DNA of 29,696 nt, from assembly GCA_039808545.1 (NCBI GenBank), contig JBDHTH010000001.1, positions 1 to 29,696 of the forward strand, written 5' to 3'. The notes below the pieces were generated by a model, which saw nothing but the letters and a program-made list of their open reading frames with translations, ran no database searches and was not told the origin of the DNA. Every line of letters begins with the position of its first letter. Within the stretch, counting starts at the first letter, position 1. Shown one piece after another: positions 10,353 to 19,373 of this stretch. The position numbers were made by a program, and so were the translations under genes. Origin of the DNA: Phreatobacteraceae bacterium. Lineage in GTDB: Bacteria > Pseudomonadota > Alphaproteobacteria > Rhizobiales > JBDHTH01.

Positions 10353-11267
10353 GTGGACACGCGACGCCTGGAAGCCTTCGTGAAGATCGTCGATCTCGGC
10401 AGCGTCACCCGCGCCGCCAAGGTGCTCAATGTCGCGCAGCCGGCGCTCAGCCAGCAGATCGCCGGGCTCGAGGCCGAGTTCAAGCGCCAGCTTCTCGTCC
10501 GCACGACGCGCGGCGTGACGCCGACCGAGGCCGGGCAGACGCTCTACCGCTACGCCAAGTCGATCCAGCGCCAGCTCGACGAGGCCCGGCGGCACATCCT
10601 CGACGCCAACCAGCGGTTGACCGGCAACGTGACGGTGGGGCTCGCGCCGCTCAGCTCGGCAACGCTGCTCGCCCTGCCGCTGCTGCGCGAAACGCGCCGG
10701 CGCCATCCCGGAATCGTCCTGCATGTCGTCGACAGCTTCGGCATCGTCTTGAGCGAGCTGATGCTCAAGGGCAGCATGGACATCGCGCTGCTCTACGGTG
10801 ACCGGCCCGTGCGCGGACTGGACTACAGGCCTGTCCTGAAGGAACGGTTCTCGCTGGTTGCCGCGCGGCGAGCCTTTCAGGACCACGGTGACGGCACGGC
10901 GATCGGCCCGGAGGCGCTTGGATCGTTCGACCTCCTTCTGCCCTCGAAGGAGTCGTTCCTGCGGCAGGCGACGGAGCGGATCTGCGCGGAGGGAAACGTG
11001 CAGCCGCGGGTCGTCGGCGAGGTTCAGTCGCTGCACCTGCTCTCCGCCGCGCTGGCGGCCGATATCGGCGCGACGGTGCTGCCGGCGAGCATCGCCAGGA
11101 CGCTTCCGGACTTCGCCGCGCTCGACCTGCGCCGGATCGACGCGACGGCCGCCATGTTGCAGCTCTCGCTCTGCATATCGGACTATGCCGGGCTCTCGGA
11201 CGCCGCCTTCGCGGTCTACAACATTCTCCTGGAATTGATCGCGCAGGGCGGCGTACTGGAGGCCTAG
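10353..11267 (+). CDS. LysR family transcriptional regulator, Nac-like (copy 1)
   Basis: GTG start. HTH region DTRRLEAFVKIVDLGSVTRAAKVLNVAQPALSQQI closely resembles enterobacterial Nac as I recall it. C-terminal effector domain present. Confidence 0.92.
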   Translation: MDTRRLEAFVKIVDLGSVTRAAKVLNVAQPALSQQIAGLEAEFKRQLLVRTTRGVTPTEAGQTLYRYAKSIQRQLDEARRHILDANQRLTGNVTVGLAPLSSATLLALPLLRETRRRHPGIVLHVVDSFGIVLSELMLKGSMDIALLYGDRPVRGLDYRPVLKERFSLVAARRAFQDHGDGTAIGPEALGSFDLLLPSKESFLRQATERICAEGNVQPRVVGEVQSLHLLSAALAADIGATVLPASIARTLPDFAALDLRRIDATAAMLQLSLCISDYAGLSDAAFAVYNILLELIAQGGVLEA

Positions 11268-11409
11268 CGCTGCGCTCGATGCCGCGCAGCGTTGCGCCGA
11301 GTCATCATTTTCGGCGATGCCCCGATTGGAAGATCCTGACTTGGCATGCACGAAACCCTCTGCTTTTTAGCTTTTCGGCCGCTGCGGCCAGCAAGGGCGG
11401 AGACGACAG

Positions 11410-12081
11410 GTGGTTCACGTCATAAGAAATTTCGATAGACCCGCGGCAGACCTCGTCGCGCAGATTCAGAAATATCCTCCATCCACCCTGCACGAGGCGC
11501 AGGGGCGATCGGGCGCGCTGACCTCGCGGATCAAGCCGATCTATCCGGGCATGCGGGCCTGCGGGCCGGCCCTCACGGTGAGCTGCCACCCCGGCGACAA
11601 CATGATGCTCATCACGGCGATCACGCTTGCCAAGCCGGGTGACGTGCTGGTGGTCAGCGCCGGCGACCGCCCGGAGCAGGGCGGCTTCGGCGAGGTCCTC
11701 GCCACGGCCTGCATGGCGAAAGGCATCGCGGGCCTCGTCACCGATGCGGGGGTCCGCGACGGCCCGGCGGTGCGCGCGCGGGGCTTCAACGTCTTCTGCT
11801 ATGGCCTCTGCATGAAGGGCACCGTCAAGGAGACGCTCGGCGCCATCAACCAGCCGATCACCATCGGCGGCGTCCATATCCGGCCGGGCGACATCGTCAG
11901 CGCCGACGATGACGGCGTCGTGGTTGTCCCGCAGGAGACCATCGCGGATGTCTGCGCCAAGTCCGAGGCCCGCGAGGCGAAGGAAGCCGAGGTGATGAAG
12001 GCGCTCGAGGCGGGCGGCGACATCCTGGAGCTTTCCGGCATCGGCAAGGTGCTGCAGGCGAAGGGATGCACCTTCGCCTGA
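11410..12081 (+). CDS. RraA-like 4-hydroxy-4-methyl-2-oxoglutarate / 4-carboxy-4-hydroxy-2-oxoadipate aldolase family protein
   Basis: GTG start. Motifs STLHEAQG, GDNMM, GFGEVLAT, DAGVRD and PGDIVSADDDGVVVVP. Confidence 0.88.
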   Translation: MVHVIRNFDRPAADLVAQIQKYPPSTLHEAQGRSGALTSRIKPIYPGMRACGPALTVSCHPGDNMMLITAITLAKPGDVLVVSAGDRPEQGGFGEVLATACMAKGIAGLVTDAGVRDGPAVRARGFNVFCYGLCMKGTVKETLGAINQPITIGGVHIRPGDIVSADDDGVVVVPQETIADVCAKSEAREAKEAEVMKALEAGGDILELSGIGKVLQAKGCTFA

Positions 12082-12100
12082 CGATGCCGCCACGGCATCG
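12082..12100 (+). other. Perfect 8-bp inverted repeat directly after the aldolase stop
   Basis: CGATGCCG-CCA-CGGCATCG. There is no U-tract, so a terminator role is uncertain. Confidence 0.35.
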
Positions 12101-12239
12101 CTCGGCCTGCATCCGCTGCTGCGGCTTGAAATCGGCCGGCCGCGTGCTTCTATGGCGGCCGCCGCGTCTGGCATGTCGTGCGGGCAGGAGGAACGCGCCT
12201 CTTGCCCGCTTGTCCGCAACGGATGTCCGGGAGCCGGCC

Positions 12240-13142
12240 ATGGATACCAGGCGGCTTAGATCCTTCATCAGGATTGTCGATACCGGCAGCATCACGCGTG
12301 CGGCCGACGTCCTGAACATTGCCCAGCCCGCGCTCAGCCAGCAGCTGGCGGCGCTCGAATCGCATTTCCGCCAGCAGCTTCTGATCCGCGGCCCGCAAGG
12401 CGTGACACCCACCGAGGCGGGCCGCACGCTCTATAGGCACGCCCAGGTCATCCTGAAGCAGTTCGACCTCGCCTATGCGGATGTCAGCGCGTCGCGCTAC
12501 ACGATTTCCGGGAAGGTTTCGATCGGGCTGGCGCCCTATAGCGGGGCGACGCAGCTTTCGGTTGCGCTGCTACGCGCCGTGCGAGAGGAGCTGCCCGGCG
12601 TCACGCTGCACATCGTCGAGAGCTTCGGTCAGGCTTTCAGTGAGCTCGTGATCAACGGCCGGCTCGATCTGGCTGTCATCCACGGGGCGGGCCCCATCAA
12701 GGGCGCCAAGTTCAAGCCGATCCTGACCGAGCGCTTCTTCCTGATCGCGCCGCTCGAATCCGACTGGCCGGACGAGCCCGTGCCGCTGGAGCGGCTTGCC
12801 GGTGTGCCGATGCTGCTGCCGCCGACCTATAATTTCGTCCGTCGCGCGGTCGAGCTCGCGTTCCTGCGCCGCGGCGCGCCGCTCAATCTGGTCGCCGAGA
12901 TAGAATCGCTGATCACGCTCGGCAAGAGCGTGACGGAAGGGCTCGGCGCGACGATCATGCCGATGAGCTTCGCGCGCGACATCGTCGGCCTCGACCGTGT
13001 CAAGGTGCGGGATATCGATCCGGCCATCGAGGAAACGCTCTCGATCTGCATGCCCGAGCATTCCACATTGTCGGAGCCGGCCGAAGCCGTGCGCCAGATC
13101 CTCGAGCGGCTGGAACCCCTGATCCAGTCCGCCGCGGACTAA
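12240..13142 (+). CDS. LysR family transcriptional regulator, Nac-like (copy 2)
   Basis: MDTRRLRSFIRIVDTGSITRAADVLNIAQPALSQQL. Its stop overlaps the convergent gene's stop (CTAA at 13139-13142). Confidence 0.92.
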   Translation: MDTRRLRSFIRIVDTGSITRAADVLNIAQPALSQQLAALESHFRQQLLIRGPQGVTPTEAGRTLYRHAQVILKQFDLAYADVSASRYTISGKVSIGLAPYSGATQLSVALLRAVREELPGVTLHIVESFGQAFSELVINGRLDLAVIHGAGPIKGAKFKPILTERFFLIAPLESDWPDEPVPLERLAGVPMLLPPTYNFVRRAVELAFLRRGAPLNLVAEIESLITLGKSVTEGLGATIMPMSFARDIVGLDRVKVRDIDPAIEETLSICMPEHSTLSEPAEAVRQILERLEPLIQSAAD

Positions 13143-14161
13143 ATGCGCGGCGCCACCTTCACCCACGCCCCATCGGCGCGCGCGCTCGCGGCGATCGCCT
13201 CGAGCGTCGCGGCGATATCGAGCGATTCCGCCTCGCTCGCGCCGGTCCAGCGGTCGGCGCCGTGCGTCAGCATGTCGGCGAAGGATTCTGCCTCCCGCCG
13301 GAAGCCGTTGCCCTCCGGCACCGGAATGTCCTCGAACGGCGCGTCGTAGGCGATGCCCTTGCGCAGGCGCAGCAGCGGCGGCCCGTAGAGGGGCGGGTGG
13401 TTGAGGTAATTCGTCTCGATCAGGCCCTCGCTGCCGGTGATCTCGGCATGGCGGTGATAGGCGGTCTCGAAGGAGCAGGACATCTGCGCCAGGATGCCGC
13501 TTGGGAACACGATATTGGCGATCGTCGTGAGGTCGACACCGTTCGCCGCGAAGCGGGCGGTCGCCTGCACGCGTTCGGGCCTTTCGCCGGCGACGATGCG
13601 GATCAGGCTGAAAGGATAGGTTCCGGCATCGAGCAGCGCGCCGCCGCCAAGCGCCGCGTTGAGGCGGATATTGGCGGGATCGGCGGCCATGACGCCGAAG
13701 CTCGCGCGGATGGTGCTGATCCGCCCGACTGCCCGCGCGGCGATCAGCGCGCGCAGCGTCGTGGTCTGCTCCTGCGCCATATAGGGATAGCCCTCGACGA
13801 TCCGCACGCCGTGCCGGCGCCCGGCCTCGAAGATGGCCCGCGCCTCGCTTTCGCCGACCGCGAGCGGCTTCTCGCAGAGCACCGGCTTGCCGGCCGCCGC
13901 CGCCTTGATCGCCCATTCGGCATGCAGGCCGTTCGGCAGCGGGATGTAGACCGCGTCGATCTCGGGATCGGCGAGCAGCGCCTCGTAGGAGCCGTGCCAG
14001 CGCGGCACGCCGGTCTCGCGGGCGAAGGCCTCGGCCTTGTCGGCGGCCCGGCTCGCGACCGCTGCAACTGTGGCCTTGTCCGACGGCTTGACGCCCTTGA
14101 TGAAGGCGCGGGCGATGTTGGCGGCCCCTAGGATACCGTAGCGCAGCGGCGGCTGGGTCAT
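13139..14161 (-). CDS. Gfo/Idh/MocA family oxidoreductase
   Basis: YGILGAANIA, CEKPLA and GGGALLDAGTY motifs. Confidence 0.92.
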   Translation of the reverse strand: MTQPPLRYGILGAANIARAFIKGVKPSDKATVAAVASRAADKAEAFARETGVPRWHGSYEALLADPEIDAVYIPLPNGLHAEWAIKAAAAGKPVLCEKPLAVGESEARAIFEAGRRHGVRIVEGYPYMAQEQTTTLRALIAARAVGRISTIRASFGVMAADPANIRLNAALGGGALLDAGTYPFSLIRIVAGERPERVQATARFAANGVDLTTIANIVFPSGILAQMSCSFETAYHRHAEITGSEGLIETNYLNHPPLYGPPLLRLRKGIAYDAPFEDIPVPEGNGFRREAESFADMLTHGADRWTGASEAESLDIAATLEAIAASARADGAWVKVAPRI

Positions 14162-14176
14162 GGTGGGATCCCGCGG

Positions 14177-14869
14177 CTAAAGCATCGGCTCGAACTGGCA
14201 ATGCACCAGCAGCTCCGAGACCGAGGCGTTGTTGGGCAGCCGCAGCGCCATGTCGGTCAGCGCCGCGATATCCTCGGGCGCACTCATCTCGTGGCGCGGG
14301 ATCTCGTCGTCGGCGAGCGTCATGTCGGTCGCCACATAGCCCGGACAGATGACGGTCGCGCGGATGCCGGCGGCGCGGCCCTCGCGGCGGATGCCATGCG
14401 TCATCGCCACCACGGCGAACTTGGTCATCGCATAGCCGACATTCGACCCGACGCGCTTGCCCGACAGCGAGCCGAGATTGACGACGCGCCCGTGGCCGCA
14501 GACCGCCAGATAGGGAAGGGCGGCCTTGATCACCCGGAGCGGTCCCTTGACGTTGACACGCCACATCTCCTCGAGGAGCTCTTCGTCGCCGTCCGAGACG
14601 CGCACCTTCGGATTGATGCCCGCCGCGTTGACGAGCCCGTCCACCCCGCCCCAGCGCGCCACCGTCGCCTCGACCCAGGCGAGCGGGCTCGCGGCGTCGG
14701 TGGCGTCATAAGGGTGCACCATCAGGTTCTCGGCCTCCTTCATGCGCGAGGGATCGCGCATGCCGGCCGACACCCTGTAGCCGGACTTCAGGAGGCGGTT
14801 CACCACCGCCCGCCCGATGCCGCGCGAGGCTCCCGATACCATGACGATGCGATTGTCAGGCTCCAGCAT
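14177..14869 (-). CDS. Short-chain dehydrogenase/reductase, Mas1/MocC-like
   Basis: GGAGG RBS before ATG 14869. SGASRGIG and catalytic YAMTK. Several segments match my recollection of the agropine synthesis reductase SDR domain. Confidence 0.88.
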   Translation of the reverse strand: MLEPDNRIVMVSGASRGIGRAVVNRLLKSGYRVSAGMRDPSRMKEAENLMVHPYDATDAASPLAWVEATVARWGGVDGLVNAAGINPKVRVSDGDEELLEEMWRVNVKGPLRVIKAALPYLAVCGHGRVVNLGSLSGKRVGSNVGYAMTKFAVVAMTHGIRREGRAAGIRATVICPGYVATDMTLADDEIPRHEMSAPEDIAALTDMALRLPNNASVSELLVHCQFEPML

Positions 14870-14944
14870 CCGTTCCTCCCGTTCCGAATGGCGGGAGCCT
14901 AGGCAGCCGATAGCCGCGTGCATAAGACCGTTTCGCTCTGTCGG

Positions 14945-14961
14945 TATCCGCGCGGCTTATG
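14945..14961 (-). promoter_or_regulatory. LysR/Nac-like box
   Basis: Minus strand reads CATAAG-CCGCGCG-GATA (ATAA-N8-GAT). Located in the divergent SDR/aminotransferase intergenic region. Confidence 0.5.
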
Positions 14962-14977
14962 GGCGCACAGCCGCGCT

Positions 14978-14994
14978 CATTCGCGACCCTTATG
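14978..14994 (-). promoter_or_regulatory. LysR/Nac-like box
   Basis: Minus strand reads CATAAG-GGTCGCG-AATG, embedded in the dyad CTCAT-N11-ATGAG (14976-14996). Confidence 0.6.
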
Positions 14995-15077
14995 AGGGCA
15001 GAAGAAATTCGTCCTATGCCGAGCATCGGCGCGCTCCTACGGTCCGTTCACCCGAGTGCTGCCCTGCGGAGCCTGCG

Positions 15078-16280
15078 ATGCCGGAAATCGCCGATCGACT
15101 GAAGAAGGTCAAAGTCTCGGCCTCGGCCGCGATGACCGACAAGGCGCGGGAGCTGCGCGCCCAGGGCGTGAAGATCGTCAGCCTGTCGTCGGGCGAGCCG
15201 GACTTTCCGACGCCGCCGCATGCGGTGGAGGCGGCGCACCAGGCGGCGCTCGCGGGCGACACGAAATATCCGCCGCAGCCCGGCACGCCGGCCCTGCGCG
15301 CCGCCATCCAGCGCAAGTTCAAGCGCGATAACGGCCTCGACTATGCACTCGACGAGATCCTCGTCGCCAATGGCGGCAAGCAGGTGATCTTCAACGCGCT
15401 GCTCGCGACCTGCAATCCGGGCGACGAGGTGGTCATTCCAGCGCCCGGCTGGATCACCTATGCGGATATCGCCCTCCTCGCCGAGGCGACGCCCGTGCCG
15501 GTGCCGTGCCCGGAGAACAACGGCTTCAAGCTGCGCCCGGCCGATCTCGAGGCCGCGATCACCGCGAAGACCAAATGGCTGATCCTGAATTTCCCGAACA
15601 ACCCGACGGGCGCCGCCTGCACGCGGGCCGAGATGCGCGAGATCGCGGACGTCATGCTCCGCCATCCCCATGTCTGGATCCTCACGGACGATATCTACGA
15701 GCACCTCGTCTATGGCGGCTTCGAGTTCTGCACGATCGCCGAGGTCGAGCCGGCGCTGAAGGGTCGCGTGCTGACCGTCAATGGCGTGTCCAAGGCCTAC
15801 GCGATGACCGGCTGGCGGGTCGGCTATTGCGGCGGCCCGAAACCGCTGATCGCGGCCATGAACAACGTGCACGGCCAGGCGACCGGCGGCATCACGACGG
15901 TGAGCCAGGCGGCGGCCGTCGCGGCGCTCGACGGGCCGCAGGACCTTCTCGCCGAGCGCGCCGCCATCTACCAGGCACGGCGCGACATGGTGGTGGAGCG
16001 GCTGAACCGCATTCCCGGCATCACCTGCCACAAGCCGGAAGGCGCCTTTTACGTCTTCCCGAACATCGCGGGATGTATCGGCAAGACGAGCCGCGGCGGA
16101 CGGCTGATCGCCAACGACACGGATTTCGTGACGGCCCTCCTTGCCGAGCAGCATGTCGCGACCGTGCAGGGAGCGGCCTATGGCATGAGCCCCTATTTCC
16201 GGATCTCCTATGCGACCGACATGGAAACGCTCGAGGAGGGGTGCGACCGCATCGCGGCCTTCTGCGCCGGGCTGACGTGA
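15078..16280 (+). CDS. PLP-dependent class I aminotransferase (aspartate aminotransferase-like)
   Basis: GEPDF, NFPNNPTG, DDIYEH and PLP-lysine motif SKAYAMTGWRVGY. Start taken as MPEIADRL. Confidence 0.93.
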   Translation: MPEIADRLKKVKVSASAAMTDKARELRAQGVKIVSLSSGEPDFPTPPHAVEAAHQAALAGDTKYPPQPGTPALRAAIQRKFKRDNGLDYALDEILVANGGKQVIFNALLATCNPGDEVVIPAPGWITYADIALLAEATPVPVPCPENNGFKLRPADLEAAITAKTKWLILNFPNNPTGAACTRAEMREIADVMLRHPHVWILTDDIYEHLVYGGFEFCTIAEVEPALKGRVLTVNGVSKAYAMTGWRVGYCGGPKPLIAAMNNVHGQATGGITTVSQAAAVAALDGPQDLLAERAAIYQARRDMVVERLNRIPGITCHKPEGAFYVFPNIAGCIGKTSRGGRLIANDTDFVTALLAEQHVATVQGAAYGMSPYFRISYATDMETLEEGCDRIAAFCAGLT

Positions 16281-16300
16281 GGCCGACACCGCGCCGCGGG

Positions 16301-16317
16301 CATAAGCGCTGCAAATG
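16301..16317 (+). promoter_or_regulatory. LysR/Nac-like box upstream of the ABC transporter operon
   Basis: CATAAG-CGCTGCA-AATG has identical flanks to the box at 14978-14994. Confidence 0.6.
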
Positions 16318-16336
16318 ACCCTAAACGAAGATCGTC

Positions 16337-16366
16337 TTGGCGTAGCGGCGTAACGGCTCGTAAGCT
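16337..16366 (+). promoter_or_regulatory. Candidate sigma70-type promoter for the ABC/pxp operon
   Basis: TTGGCG-N18-TAAGCT. This would place the LysR box centre about 64 nt upstream of the inferred start site. Confidence 0.35.
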
Positions 16367-16534
16367 TTGTTCCATGGTGGCGGTCGGTATCGGCTCCGGG
16401 CAATGCAGCCCCCTCACGCCCGCGCACCGGAAAATGGCAGAGGTCGGCGAAACTCCATCGCGGCTGCGTGAGCGAGGCTGCGCGCCGCGCCATGGCCGCA
16501 GGAAAAAACGGGGGATGAGCGTGCATATCGTAAC

Positions 16535-17467
16535 ATGTTCGACCCGGCAAGGATTCGGCGCGTGACCGAGAACGTCGAGGAGATGCCGCGCCGCCGGGCC
16601 TCGATTCCGCCGTTTCGTCTCTCGGCGAAATATCTCGCCCTGCCGATGCTGGCGTTTCTCTCGTATTTCTTTTTCTATCCGGCGCTCAGCCTGCTGTTCT
16701 CCAGCGTCCAGACCCAGAACAGCCAAGGCATCGTCGGCCCGCCCTATACGCTCTCCCACTATGTTCGGCTGATCGACGTCGACCTCTATGCGCGGGTCTT
16801 CTGGAACACGCTGCGCATGAGCGTGATCACCTCGCTGCTCGCCACCCTCATCGCCTATCCGGTCGCCATCGTCATGGTGAAGAGCCGGCCGATGGTGACG
16901 CGGATCATCACCTTGATCGTCATCGCGCCGCTGATCGTCTCGGTGGTCGTGCGCGGCTACGGCTGGCAGCTCGTGCTGATGAACGGCCCGAAGGGCATGC
17001 TGAACTGGATCCTGATGACGCTCGGCATCACCGACGGGCCGATCTCGGTCCTCTATACGGAAGCCGCGGTCATCATCGGCTCGCTGCACGTGTTTTTCCC
17101 GATGATGGTGCTGCCGCTCGCCTCCGCGCTCGGCAAGATCGACCCGAACCTGGAGGACGCGGCGCGCATGCTCGGCGCGCCCTGGTGGAAGGTCTTCCTT
17201 AGGATCACGCTGCCCCTGAGCCTGCCGGGCTTCGTGGCCGGCTTCACCATCGTGTTCTCGCTGACGGCCGGTTCCTTCGTGATCCCGGCGATCCTCGGCG
17301 GCCCCGCCGCGCTGATGCTCGGCAACCTGATCGAGCAGCAGATCTTCGTCGTCTACGACTGGCCGTTCGGGGCCGCCATCGCGATGATCCTGGTCGCGGT
17401 CGTCTTCGCCGTGAACGGCGTCTCGATGTGGCTGCTCGAAGGCCGCCGTTTCAAGAGGGCCGAGTGA
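16535..17467 (+). CDS. ABC transporter permease, PotB-like
   Basis: Hydrophobic protein with EAA loop LEDAARMLGA and SAGSFVIP-type/WPFGAA motifs. Start is uncertain (16535, GTG 16562 or ATG 16583). Confidence 0.9.
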   Translation: MFDPARIRRVTENVEEMPRRRASIPPFRLSAKYLALPMLAFLSYFFFYPALSLLFSSVQTQNSQGIVGPPYTLSHYVRLIDVDLYARVFWNTLRMSVITSLLATLIAYPVAIVMVKSRPMVTRIITLIVIAPLIVSVVVRGYGWQLVLMNGPKGMLNWILMTLGITDGPISVLYTEAAVIIGSLHVFFPMMVLPLASALGKIDPNLEDAARMLGAPWWKVFLRITLPLSLPGFVAGFTIVFSLTAGSFVIPAILGGPAALMLGNLIEQQIFVVYDWPFGAAIAMILVAVVFAVNGVSMWLLEGRRFKRAE

Positions 17468-18270
17468 TGGACGAGCGCTTCTCCGGCCCCGGCGCCTGGA
17501 CCCTCTACGCGATCACCATCGCGATGATGGTCTTCATCATGACGCCGCTCCTCCTGGTGATGGCGGTCTCGGTGTCGGACAGCTATTTCGTGACCTTCCC
17601 GCCGCAGGGCTTCACGCTCAAATGGTACCTGAAGGTGCTGGAGGATCGCGACTTCATCGACGGGATGAAGCTCAGCATCCTGCTCGCCTTCGGCGCGACC
17701 GCGGGCTCGCTGCTGCTCGGCGTGCCGGCCGCCTTCGCACTCGTCCGGGGCAACTTTCTCGGCGTCGCGGCGATCAAGGGGTTTCTGCTCTCGCCGCTGA
17801 TCTTTCCGACCCTCGTCACGGGTCTCGCGCTGCTGCAGGTGCTGTCGCGGCTCGGCTCCGAGGATGCGCGGCTGAACCTGCTCATCGGCCATATCGTGGT
17901 CACGGCGCCCTATGTCATACGCACCGTGATCACCGGGCTGCAGCTCGTCGACGAAAACCTCGAGGATGCGGCCCGCACCCTCGGCGCCAACCGCCTCGTG
18001 ACCTTCTGGCGCGTTACGCTGCCGCAGATCGCGCCAAGCGTTGCCGCGGGCGGGCTCTTCGCCTTCATGGTGTCGTTCGACAACTACCCGATCTCGATGT
18101 GGCTCGCCAATTCCGAGCACACCCCGGTGCCGCTCGTTCTGATGCGCCAGCTCGTCAACGTCTTCGACCCGTCGGTCCCGGCGATGTCGACGATCATCAT
18201 CCTGCTCGCGCTGCTCGGCGTCCTGATCCTGGAACGCCTGGTGGGCCTGCGCCGCGCTCTCGCCGCCTAG
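17467..18270 (+). CDS. ABC transporter permease, PotC-like
   Basis: TGATG overlap with the upstream permease. Motifs FTLKWY, LEDAARTLGA and SFDN. Confidence 0.92.
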   Translation: MDERFSGPGAWTLYAITIAMMVFIMTPLLLVMAVSVSDSYFVTFPPQGFTLKWYLKVLEDRDFIDGMKLSILLAFGATAGSLLLGVPAAFALVRGNFLGVAAIKGFLLSPLIFPTLVTGLALLQVLSRLGSEDARLNLLIGHIVVTAPYVIRTVITGLQLVDENLEDAARTLGANRLVTFWRVTLPQIAPSVAAGGLFAFMVSFDNYPISMWLANSEHTPVPLVLMRQLVNVFDPSVPAMSTIIILLALLGVLILERLVGLRRALAA

Positions 18271-18300
18271 AAATTCTCGCAAGCAAAGGGGAATGGAACC

Positions 18301-19362
18301 ATGGCACTTTCGCGCAGAACCCTGATCAAGGCCGGCGCCGCCGCGTCGCTGTTTCCGACTATCATCAGCCGCGCCTCGGCGCAGGGCAAGCAGCTCCATG
18401 TCGGCGTCTACAACTCGGCGCAGGGCAAGCTGATTCAGAAGGAAATCATTCCGAAGTTCGAGGCCGAGTTCAAATGCCGTGTCTTCACGACCGAGGGCGC
18501 GACGCTCGCCAATATCGCGGCCCTGCGCGCCACGCGGGACGCGCCGCGCTTTAGCGTCATGTCGATGGACGATGTCGGCATCCCGCAGGCCAAGCAGGAA
18601 GGGCTGATCGACAAGCTCGACCCCAACAAGATTCCGAATCTCGAGAAGGTCTACAAGCGCTACATCTTCGAGGACGGCTACGGCGTCGGCTTCGCGATCT
18701 CGAGCGCCGCGATGTTCATCAATCCGCAGGTGACGAAATCGCTGGAGAGCTACGAGCAGATCTTCGACGCGAAATACCGCAAGCAGATCCTGCTCAACAC
18801 GCCGAAGAACACGCAGAGCGTGCTGATGCTGATCGTGGCGACCTCGCTCGCCACCGGCAAGCCGCTGAAGGAGGCGCAGTATCTCGTCGACCAGGGCTGG
18901 GACAAGCTCGCGACGCTGAAGCCGAACGTCCTCACCATCTATGACAGCGAGGCGCAGGTGCTGCAGGTCGCGCAGGGCCAGGCGACGATCGGCGGCATCG
19001 AGTATTCCAAGGCGATCTATCCGCACACGGCCAAGGGCATGCCGATCGACATGGCGTTCCCGAAGGAGGGCTCGTTCACGGGCATCAACAGCATCACGCT
19101 GGTGAAGAACGCGCCCGAGCCGGAGCTCGGCGCGGCCTTCATCAACCGCCTGCTGGAGCCTTCCGTCGCGAAGATGCTGGCCGAGCAGACGCTCAGCGCT
19201 CCCTCGGTCGCCGGCATCGACTTCAAGCCCGAGGTCGCCCGCTTCCTCGCCTATCCGGACACGAAGGCGACCGATCTCGGCCTCTTCACGCCGGACTGGA
19301 ACTATATCGTGCCGCGCCGCGGGCCGTGGCTCGAGCGCTACAACCAAGTCTTCACGAGCTGA
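18301..19362 (+). CDS. ABC transporter extracellular solute-binding protein (PotD/PotF-like fold) with Tat signal
   Basis: MALSRRTLIK twin-arginine signal, KLD..KIPNL, FPKEG and LVKNAP..ELG.AFIN motifs. Confidence 0.88.
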   Translation: MALSRRTLIKAGAAASLFPTIISRASAQGKQLHVGVYNSAQGKLIQKEIIPKFEAEFKCRVFTTEGATLANIAALRATRDAPRFSVMSMDDVGIPQAKQEGLIDKLDPNKIPNLEKVYKRYIFEDGYGVGFAISSAAMFINPQVTKSLESYEQIFDAKYRKQILLNTPKNTQSVLMLIVATSLATGKPLKEAQYLVDQGWDKLATLKPNVLTIYDSEAQVLQVAQGQATIGGIEYSKAIYPHTAKGMPIDMAFPKEGSFTGINSITLVKNAPEPELGAAFINRLLEPSVAKMLAEQTLSAPSVAGIDFKPEVARFLAYPDTKATDLGLFTPDWNYIVPRRGPWLERYNQVFTS

Positions 19363-19373
19363 GCGGCGCCATC

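Noticed and set aside
11268-11291. Hairpin CGCTGCGC-N8-GCGCAGCG after LysR copy 1 as a terminator
   Set aside because: No U-tract follows it, so it cannot be supported as an intrinsic terminator.
11341-11360. TTGGCATG as a possible sigma54 -24 element before the aldolase
   Set aside because: There is no GC dinucleotide at the required -12 spacing.
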